From Blastocatellia bacterium (lineage in GTDB: Bacteria; Acidobacteriota; Blastocatellia; UBA7656): a stretch of 64,000 nucleotides of DNA. Numbering within the stretch: the first letter of the stretch is position 1; every line of letters starts with the position of its first letter. The position numbers and the translations under genes were made by a program. This document shows, piece after piece, positions 42,456 to 49,734 of the stretch. The DNA is taken from the NCBI GenBank assembly GCA_963765495.1, contig CAVXWP010000016.1:96001-160000 (forward strand), read 5' to 3'. The notes beneath the pieces were generated by a model that was given only the letters and a program-made list of their open reading frames with translations, had not been told where the DNA came from and ran no database searches.

Positions 42456-44045
42456 TTGAGCAGCGAAGTCAAAACCAATTTAATAAACAGCCCCGCCGAT
42501 GAATGGAAGCCGAGTTTCAATCCGTGGCTTATAGCGATGTCGGTCATGCTGGCTACGTTTATGGAGGTGCTCGACACGTCGGTTGCAAACGTAGCTCTTC
42601 CGCACATCGCGGGCAATCTTTCGGCCAGCACCGATCAGGCTACGTGGGTGCTTACGAGCTATCTGGTCTCGAATGCCATCATCCTGCCCGCAACCGGGTG
42701 GCTTGCAAATACATTCGGGCGCAAGCGACTCCTCGTGATCTGCATAATAATCTTCACGCTCTCTTCATTCATGTGCGGCGCGGCGATGAGCCTCGGCATG
42801 CTTATAGTGGCCCGCGTGATTCAGGGCGCGGGAGGCGGAGCGTTGCAGCCCATCGCGCAGGCGGTGATGCTTGAAAGCTTTCCGCCGATCAAACGCGGAG
42901 CGGCGATGGCCGTCTACGGCATGGGAGTGGTCGTAGCCCCCATCATCGGGCCTACGCTCGGCGGGTGGATCACGGATAATTACTCGTGGCGGTGGGTTTT
43001 CTACATCAATCTTCCCGTAGGCATCCTCGCCATATTGATGGCTCAGGCGTTTGTCGAAGACCCGCCTTATATCAAGAGAGCCGCCCGAAAGAGTATTGAT
43101 TATATAGGGTTCGGCCTTATGGCGCTGTGGCTCGCAGCCTTGCAGATAATGCTCGACAAGGGACAGGATGAAGACTGGTTCTCATCGAACTGGATAATCC
43201 TGCTCGCCGTCATTTCAGCCGTCTCGATGGTGGCCTTTATAATCTGGGAGCTTCGCTCGGACGAGCCTATAGTCAACTTGCGGGTTCTTGCAAATCGCAA
43301 CTTCGCGGCGGGCACTTTTCTGATCGCAATCGTAGGCATAGTTCTCTACGGCACGACGGCGCTCTTGCCGCTGTTTCTGCAAAACCTGATGGGCTATCCG
43401 GCCCTGCAAAGCGGTATGGCGGTCAGCCCGCGCGGGCTTGGCACTATGGTCGCGATGATAATCTCCGCCCGCCTGATAGGCCGTGTTGACAGCCGATGGC
43501 TGATCTCAATCGGTTTTTGTTTGCTCGGTATTTCGGTCTACCTGCTTGGCGGCATAAATCTGGACATCACGGCGACGAGCGTCATCTGGCCGATTATCAT
43601 AAGCGGCGCGGCGATGGGATTCGTCTTTGTTCCGCTTTCGACGACTGCGGTGGGCACGCTTCGGCAGGATGAGATGGGCAATGCCACCGGTCTCTACAAC
43701 CTTATGCGAAACATCGGCGGCGGCATAGGCATCTCTGCCGTAACCACCATGCTCGCGCGCGGAGCGCAGGCGCATCAGGCAGCTATGGCCTCGCACATGA
43801 GCATGTATGATCCGGCATTCCAGCAACGTTTACACGCCTTACAGGAAAGACTCGCGTCACAACTCGGGCCGGTCGAGGCGCTACAGCAGGCGACCTCCAT
43901 GCTTTATGGCATGCTTCAGAAGCAGGCCATGCTGTGGGCGTTTATTGACAACTTTCGCTTGCTGGGCCTTGTTTGCCTGATATGCGTTCCTGCCGTTTTC
44001 TTGTTAAAGAAGGTAAGGGCGCGCGGCCCCGTGGCGGCACATTGA
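42456..44045 (+). CDS. emrB: DHA2 MFS efflux permease (EmrB)
   Basis: FMEVLDTSVANVALPHI, WVLTSYL, APIIGPTLGGWITDNYSWRWVFYINLP. Confidence 0.93.
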   Translation: MSSEVKTNLINSPADEWKPSFNPWLIAMSVMLATFMEVLDTSVANVALPHIAGNLSASTDQATWVLTSYLVSNAIILPATGWLANTFGRKRLLVICIIIFTLSSFMCGAAMSLGMLIVARVIQGAGGGALQPIAQAVMLESFPPIKRGAAMAVYGMGVVVAPIIGPTLGGWITDNYSWRWVFYINLPVGILAILMAQAFVEDPPYIKRAARKSIDYIGFGLMALWLAALQIMLDKGQDEDWFSSNWIILLAVISAVSMVAFIIWELRSDEPIVNLRVLANRNFAAGTFLIAIVGIVLYGTTALLPLFLQNLMGYPALQSGMAVSPRGLGTMVAMIISARLIGRVDSRWLISIGFCLLGISVYLLGGINLDITATSVIWPIIISGAAMGFVFVPLSTTAVGTLRQDEMGNATGLYNLMRNIGGGIGISAVTTMLARGAQAHQAAMASHMSMYDPAFQQRLHALQERLASQLGPVEALQQATSMLYGMLQKQAMLWAFIDNFRLLGLVCLICVPAVFLLKKVRARGPVAAH

Positions 44046-44050
44046 TAAAG

Positions 44051-44141
44051 AGTGATTTGTGATTCGTGATTAACCAGATTTTCAAATTGTCCTTTACAGG
44101 CAGGCTCCGTAAGAATCACGAATCACTCATCACGAATCACG
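44051..44141. repeat. Inverted heptamer element CGTGATT/AATCACG (family C)
   Basis: gtgattt-gtgattc-gtgatt ... aatcacg-aatcact-catcacg-aatcacg; spacer homologous to 52911-53004. Confidence 0.88.
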
Positions 44142-44169
44142 CAGACGTGCCGATCTCAAACGGTTTGAT

Positions 44170-44892
44170 TCAGATGATAACGCCCGCCTCTTCTTCATCC
44201 TGTATGCGGAGCAGGTCGAGCAGCAATCCCATGTTGCTTGTGGCCTGCACCTGGCGTTCGTATTCGACTTCGACTCTCTTAAACTCGAAGGTGCCTTCGG
44301 TGGCGCCCAGAAATCTGGTGATCGCTTCTACGCCCGTATCCGTGGCTGAACGGCCTCCTGCGATCAATCCCTCATTGAAATGTATCTCGCCCTTTGTGGC
44401 GGGAGATGTTATCACGAGCGCCCCGGTCAACCGGCTGTTTTCGATGATCTGAATCACATCGAACAGACTGACGAGCGCAAAATTCCCCGTCAAAATGATT
44501 TCAGATGTGGAAGGCAAGAGGGCCGCTTCCTGCAAATTATTGCTCGCTTCGATCACTTCTTCGGCAGAAGGCAGTGGCTTGCCATCGACAAAATTCTCGA
44601 TCACTTTTCGATGGTAGGGCTTTAAATCGAGAAAATGTATCCCCATGCCGACCTGCGGCATACCATAACGCACTTCGCCCGTCACTACGATAGGCACATC
44701 TCGAACCGCGAATTTCATTGTCAGCTTCGTGCCGACTTTATAACTGGTCATCGAATCAATGAAGACTCCGGTCGCACTCAGATCGTTTATCCGAGTGTTG
44801 AGACGAGAGACGTTGTCGCCTTCGCACTGCACCTCGCATACATAGCTGATTCGCTTTGCTTCCCGTCTCTCTTTACCGCGCCTTATCATCAT
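44170..44892 (-). CDS. PilZ + DUF4388 (PatA_N-like) domain protein
   Basis: ERREAKR (RxxxR) and DLSATG (DxSxxG); C-terminal LTGNF...SLFDVIQ...TGAL...GEIHFNEG...GTFEF...LLLDLLRIQDE. Confidence 0.88.
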   Translation of the reverse strand: MMIRRGKERREAKRISYVCEVQCEGDNVSRLNTRINDLSATGVFIDSMTSYKVGTKLTMKFAVRDVPIVVTGEVRYGMPQVGMGIHFLDLKPYHRKVIENFVDGKPLPSAEEVIEASNNLQEAALLPSTSEIILTGNFALVSLFDVIQIIENSRLTGALVITSPATKGEIHFNEGLIAGGRSATDTGVEAITRFLGATEGTFEFKRVEVEYERQVQATSNMGLLLDLLRIQDEEEAGVII

Positions 44893-45452
44893 TCATCATC
44901 CTCGACGCTTGCCCTGAGCGAGCGGAGCTTGCGCATGATCAAATCGTAGTCGAAGCCGCGCCGCGCCAGATGGTCGAACATACGCTTTTCGCCGTTGCGG
45001 TCCGTGGGACGGCCGTGTGTGCGAATGCGCTTCTCTATGGCTCGTTCAATCAATGTCTCTTCTTCCACCTCGTCAAAGACTATATCGAGCGCCTCATCTA
45101 TCCTCTCGCGAGGAACCTTCTTTCCGGCCAACTCGCGAGCCAGCCGCGATCTCCCCACAGGCTTTGTGCTGACGCGATAGCTGGCGTAATTCCGGGCATA
45201 CTGGCTGTCGTTTATGAGCCCCTGCTCTTTCAATCGGGCCATGCACTGATCAACAAGATCAGGATCGGCCCAGGGCTTTGCCAGCAATCGCTCTCGCAAT
45301 AGACGCTCGCTAAACGGACGCGAGGCCAGCATCTTTAAGGCCGCCCCCATGGTGCGCTTCCCCGCACGCTCCCTGCTCGCTTCTCCCCCTGCTTGCGTCT
45401 CTCCTCGCTCGCTCGCAGCAGACCCCTCTGCTCGCGCGCGAGCGCGGCTCAT
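44889..45452 (-). CDS. recX: Regulatory protein RecX
   Basis: ALKMLASRPFSERLLRERL, GLINDSQYA, RELAGKKV, LARRGF; ATGA overlaps with both neighbours. Confidence 0.9.
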   Translation of the reverse strand: MSRARARAEGSAASERGETQAGGEASRERAGKRTMGAALKMLASRPFSERLLRERLLAKPWADPDLVDQCMARLKEQGLINDSQYARNYASYRVSTKPVGRSRLARELAGKKVPRERIDEALDIVFDEVEEETLIERAIEKRIRTHGRPTDRNGEKRMFDHLARRGFDYDLIMRKLRSLRASVEDDE

Positions 45453-46660
45453 CTGGTCACTTGCTCTGTTCCTTCGAGTAGCCAATTTACAAACTGTTTC
45501 GTTTCGGGCTTGCCCGATTCCGTTGACCCGGGCCGCCTTCTATTTGAGCGCTCCATGTCCTCTCGCGCCTGCTCGGATACCGATCTGACCCCTGAAACCC
45601 GCAGCTTGAACTCGTCGGGGTTTGTAGCCCCGGCAAGCGCTTCGTCGTATGTTATCAATCCGCGAGAATACAAATCAAACAGCGACTGGTCGAAGGTCTG
45701 CATGCCGTATTGCGAAGTGCCCTGGGCTATCGCATCGCGTATGAGCGATGTCTTTTCGGCGTGGATGATACAGTCGCGTATGTATGGAGTGACGACCAGA
45801 ACCTCGACGGCCGGAACCCGCCCCTGAATAGGCTCTGCTGCCCTGACCAGTCGCATGGAGATCACCGCCTTGAGCACGCTCGCAAGCTGTAGACGGATCG
45901 CGCGCTGCTGATGAGGCGGGAATACCGAAACTATTCGGTTGATGGTCTCGGTCGCATCGAGCGTGTGCAGCGTAGAGAGCACGAGATGGCCGGTCTCGGC
46001 TGCCGTAAGCGCCGTCTCTATCGTTTCGTAATCGCGCATTTCGCCTACCAGAATCACGTCCGGGTCCTGGCGCAGGGCGCTACGCAGAGCTTCTGAAAAA
46101 CTGCGCGTGTCTACGTCCACTTCGCGCTGATTCACATAAGATTTCTTGTCGCGGTGAAGAAACTCTATAGGGTCTTCGATGGTGACGATATGACCCGTGC
46201 GTATGCGATTTATATAATCAATCATCGCGGCGAGCGTCGTTGACTTGCCCGATCCCGTAGTTCCCGTGACCAGTATCAGGCCCCGGGTTTCATCGGCAAT
46301 CTTATCGATGACCCCCGGCAAGCGAAGCTCTTCTATCGTGCGCACAGTCGTCGGGATGACCCTCAAGACCATGCCGACCGTCCCGCGCTGCTGAAATATG
46401 TTGCAACGAAACCGCCCCAATCCCGACACCCCGTACGCGATATCGATCTCGGAATTTTCGGTAAAGCGTTGCTTTTGCCGGTTGTTCATTATCGAGAATG
46501 CCATATTGAGCGTGTCTTCGCCCGCAAGTCTCTGCGCCTCTACCATAGGCTGCAACTCGCCGTTTACGCGAACGAAGGGAAAACTTCCGGCTTTTATATG
46601 CAGGTCGGATGCGCCTTTGCTGCATGCTATTGTCAGCAATTGGTCAATGCTCGGTGCCAT
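45449..46660 (-). CDS. pilT: Type IV pilus retraction ATPase
   Basis: ASDLH, GTTGSGKST, TIEDPIE, LRQDPDVILVGEMRD, TGHLVLSTLH, AIRLQL, GMQTFDQ. Confidence 0.95.
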   Translation of the reverse strand: MAPSIDQLLTIACSKGASDLHIKAGSFPFVRVNGELQPMVEAQRLAGEDTLNMAFSIMNNRQKQRFTENSEIDIAYGVSGLGRFRCNIFQQRGTVGMVLRVIPTTVRTIEELRLPGVIDKIADETRGLILVTGTTGSGKSTTLAAMIDYINRIRTGHIVTIEDPIEFLHRDKKSYVNQREVDVDTRSFSEALRSALRQDPDVILVGEMRDYETIETALTAAETGHLVLSTLHTLDATETINRIVSVFPPHQQRAIRLQLASVLKAVISMRLVRAAEPIQGRVPAVEVLVVTPYIRDCIIHAEKTSLIRDAIAQGTSQYGMQTFDQSLFDLYSRGLITYDEALAGATNPDEFKLRVSGVRSVSEQAREDMERSNRRRPGSTESGKPETKQFVNWLLEGTEQVTR

Positions 46661-46817
46661 TAGCGCTTGCCTCGTTAGAACTAGTCCAGCGATTCATTGA
46701 AGTTGTGTGGGGACCAATCAAGCAGCATCAGCTTCTGATGATTGCCGGGGTAGAAATTAAAGAGGGGGCCTCACGAGGGTCTGTCGAGCTTCTAACTGCA
46801 AAACCCTCAGCGGCTGT

Positions 46818-46846
46818 ATTATAAACATAACTCTAAATGGGGGCAA
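46818..46846 (-). promoter_or_regulatory. Putative sigma70 promoter of the pilT operon
   Basis: TTGCCC-N17-TATAAT on the minus strand, followed by ACAGCC. Confidence 0.6.
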
Positions 46847-46858
46847 CAGTAATAAAAT

Positions 46859-47023
46859 GGGGGTCAGGGGCCGGGGGCCGGGGGCCGGTGTTGTTGAATG
46901 TTGCATTGAATCGGTTAAATCGCAGTTTCCGCGCCCGGATTCATCTAAGGCCATTATGTTTCGTTATAACCAGCGTCTTCTCAAATTCATAACCGACCCC
47001 CGACCCCCGACCCCCGGCCCCTA
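46859..47023. repeat. Inverted heptamer element GGGGCCG/CGACCCC (family D)
   Basis: ggggtca-ggggccg-ggggccg-ggggccg ... cgacccc x3-cggcccc-ta; ends on the TAG stop of the HD-GYP fusion. Confidence 0.88.
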
Positions 47024-49108
47024 TTTTTTGGCGCGGTCGGCGATGATTATGTAGTTATGCAATCCGCCCGTCACTTCGGTCAAATCCTTTGAGTAAGTCG
47101 CGCGCACGGGCCGGTGCTCTTTTATAAGCTCGCTGATGTCGCGAGCCGAGGCCAACCCGACTTCCTGGTATTCGATTGCCCACGTGGGAAGGTGCGCGGC
47201 CGAGCGTAACAATCGATCAATCATCGCCAGGTATGATTGTTTGGATTGGGGAACGCTCGAAAGCTTTGCCAGATCGTCAGCGCAAGGCTCATCCGCGCCA
47301 CGCACCCAGCAATCGCGCCAGTCTGATCTCGTCCCCGAACCGGCTCGCTCGGCGTGCGCGGACGGCAGATTGAGATAGAGCAGGTCGGCCCGCGTGCGGC
47401 TGACAAACTCTTCGACCGGCACGTTATAGCCACGATTGTGAGGATGGCCCGGCGGGCCGCTCAAAACGCGACCGGCCAGCCGCCAGAATATCGTCGTAAG
47501 CGGGCGTTTCAATTCCCGCGTCTCTTCATTGAACGACATCGCGTAATCGCCCGTCTGAAGTCCAAGCACAAGCGCCTGCGCCCGCAATGTCTCGTCTTCA
47601 ATCCTCTCGATTGAGCGGCGGAGATTATCGAGCCACCACGCATCAATTTCGCCAAACCAGCGCCTCAGACCGGGATTGCTCAAATTGACGCCGGGCACGT
47701 AAACATCTTCGAGCAGACGTGTGATCTGCTGTTCGTCGAGCCAGCTTTTCGATTCGAGCATCGCTCGCGTAGCCGCAGCCGCCCAGGGGCGCGGATCGTT
47801 CGACAATATGAGCTTGCCCCAGCCTTTCAAATACCAGTCGAGCTTCGCCCATCCGCTAAAGGCTATGGCAATCGAGCGGAACTCGATCTGACGCAGGACG
47901 CTGGCTTCAAACCCGAGCAGAGCCTTCTTGTTGTAGCGGCTCCTCGTCCATCCCTTCCACCTGTCAGACTCATCTCCGGCAAGCTCTTTCGCACCTCGGC
48001 GGGCAAGCAATAGCTCAACGGGAGGCAGTTTTTCCGGGCGTGGACCGGCAGAGACTATGCGAGGGCTGGCCGCACTTTCTTCTATGCTTTCTTCCGCGCT
48101 TTCTTCCGTCACGGGCGCTTGTTCCCCGTTGGGCGCTGCTTCCGCTGCGGGCGCTTCCTCTACGACAGGCGACTGCTCCCGGGCGGGCGGGACCTCTGTT
48201 CCCACCTCTTCATATGCAACCTCGGCGGGCTGATCGCCCGAGGGCGTTTCCCCCTGTTTAGCGGTCGGTTGCTCCTGCTGAAAAGCGGGGATCTCCATTC
48301 CGGTAAGGGTCTTGGCGTATTGCGGGCGAAAGCCTTCTTCCTCGTTTGCGGCAGTTTCAGACGATCCTTCGGCAGGAGGCGCAGGCCCGGCATCAGGGTC
48401 GGGTCCAGGTTCGGTTTCAAGTTCGGTTCTAAATTCGGCGGCAGGTTCAACCTTTGCTTCCGGGGCAGCCTGTTCAGGCTGTTCCGGCGTAAATGATAGA
48501 GGTTCCGCCGGTTCGTCTTTTTTCGCCTGCTCTCGCAAATCGTCAAGCAAAGCTACCAGCGCTTGAACGACATAGGGATCGCATTCGATGCCTGCCGACG
48601 ATAGAAGCGTTTCTTTGGCTTCGTCGTCTGTGAGCGCGGCGCGGTATGTTCTATCGGATATGAGCGCGCTGTAAAGCTCGACTGCGCGCAATATTCGCGC
48701 GCCTATGGGGATGTCTTCGAAGGCCAGCATATCGGGATATCCCGATCCGTTCCACCATTCATGATGCCATCTTACAAGCAATTGGGCCTGTCGCGAGGCT
48801 TCTCTTTTGGCCATCTGCTGTTCGCCTATGATGGGATGTCGCCACAGGTCTATGCGTTCTTCAAAGGTGAGAGGGCCGGGCGAAGCGAGATATGGAGGCG
48901 TCATCGCGTACAGCCCTATGTCGACCAGCAGCGCAGCTTCGGCCACGGCGTGAACATCAGGCTCAGTAAGCCCGAATCTCCGGGCCAGGTGCGCAGCCAG
49001 TTCGGCCATCACACGCGAATGCGGGCGGGTGTATCTTTTGTAGCTGTCGATTCGTTCGGCGAGCCTGCTGATTATCTCTTCCCGAGTCTTACCCTTGGCC
49101 GTCTCCAC
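47021..49108 (-). CDS. Fusion of degenerate HD-GYP domain, acidic/Pro linker and degenerate DNA adenine methyltransferase-like domain
   Basis: N-terminus: HSRVM, ALLVDIG, HPIIG, HHEWWNGSGYP, IPIGARI, DRTYR. C-terminus: YNKKALL...IAFSG...LKGWGK..LSND, WLDNLR, ADLLYLNLP, WAIEY, NYIIIA. GTG start with aggagg RBS. Confidence 0.8.
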   Translation of the reverse strand: METAKGKTREEIISRLAERIDSYKRYTRPHSRVMAELAAHLARRFGLTEPDVHAVAEAALLVDIGLYAMTPPYLASPGPLTFEERIDLWRHPIIGEQQMAKREASRQAQLLVRWHHEWWNGSGYPDMLAFEDIPIGARILRAVELYSALISDRTYRAALTDDEAKETLLSSAGIECDPYVVQALVALLDDLREQAKKDEPAEPLSFTPEQPEQAAPEAKVEPAAEFRTELETEPGPDPDAGPAPPAEGSSETAANEEEGFRPQYAKTLTGMEIPAFQQEQPTAKQGETPSGDQPAEVAYEEVGTEVPPAREQSPVVEEAPAAEAAPNGEQAPVTEESAEESIEESAASPRIVSAGPRPEKLPPVELLLARRGAKELAGDESDRWKGWTRSRYNKKALLGFEASVLRQIEFRSIAIAFSGWAKLDWYLKGWGKLILSNDPRPWAAAATRAMLESKSWLDEQQITRLLEDVYVPGVNLSNPGLRRWFGEIDAWWLDNLRRSIERIEDETLRAQALVLGLQTGDYAMSFNEETRELKRPLTTIFWRLAGRVLSGPPGHPHNRGYNVPVEEFVSRTRADLLYLNLPSAHAERAGSGTRSDWRDCWVRGADEPCADDLAKLSSVPQSKQSYLAMIDRLLRSAAHLPTWAIEYQEVGLASARDISELIKEHRPVRATYSKDLTEVTGGLHNYIIIADRAKK

Positions 49109-49120
49109 TCTGCCTCCTGA

Positions 49121-49166
49121 TTGACCGTCAAGGCTGTAACTTACAGCCTAAGCCTGCGACAGTCAA
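49121..49166 (-). promoter_or_regulatory. sigma70 promoter overlapped by palindromic operator candidates
   Basis: TTGACT-N17-TAAGTT (49138-49166); perfect AGGCTGTAA-C-TTACAGCCT (49131-49149); TTGAC-C-GTCAA (49121-49131). Confidence 0.7.
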
Positions 49167-49200
49167 GGCAGAGCATTCCAGATAACGATTATGAATCGAA

Positions 49201-49392
49201 TCACGCGGCCATCTCTACCGAGGCGCTAACGGGTCGCGCACGGAGATTGAAACAGGAGTTGCACCAGCCGTAAAGGATTCCGTCAATAAGGTGATACGCT
49301 ACCGTATCCTCTGCTGAAACCGTCCGATGGCATTGTTTACATTCCCACGAATCGTTTTGAGTAGTCGCTGCTTGTTCGAGCACTGTTGCCAT
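49201..49392 (-). CDS. Small CxxC...CxxC zinc-binding protein
   Basis: 63 aa: WECKQC...WCNSCF; purine-rich RBS aaggga. Confidence 0.65.
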   Translation of the reverse strand: MATVLEQAATTQNDSWECKQCHRTVSAEDTVAYHLIDGILYGWCNSCFNLRARPVSASVEMAA

Positions 49393-49547
49393 TTCCCTTT
49401 GCAGAGCCCTTCTGGCCCTGCCTCTCCCTTCAAGTAATTTACCGGCTATTTTATTAGAACGACCGGGACATCATTTGATACGTACTTTCAAACGCCACTC
49501 TTTTTACATGGTTCCACATAATGATCAACGGCACAATGCTTATCTTT

Positions 49548-49734
49548 GGGGGCCGGGGGCCAGGGGTCAGGGGCCGGGGGTCAGCAGGGGCTAATCTTGA
49601 AGCCTGGCTAAATCATATTCGCGTAGATTCGCCGCATCCGTGGCCTATTGCCGTTTACCCATCCACGTGCTTCGGTTTAATCAAAATTTTTCTGAACTCA
49701 CCCCCGGCCCCTGGCCCCCGGCCCCCGGCCCCTA
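49548..49734. repeat. Inverted heptamer element (family D)
   Basis: gggg(c/t)c(a/g) x5 ... cccccgg-cccctgg-cccccgg-cccccgg-ccccta; ends on the TAG stop of the helicase. Confidence 0.88.

Noticed and set aside
46857-47054. ORFs such as MGVRGRGPGAG and 49521-49739
   Set aside because: They are translations of the family D repeats.
47021-47950. Active restriction-modification methylase
   Set aside because: DPPY is replaced by NLPS, motif I is degenerate, and there is no neighbouring endonuclease.
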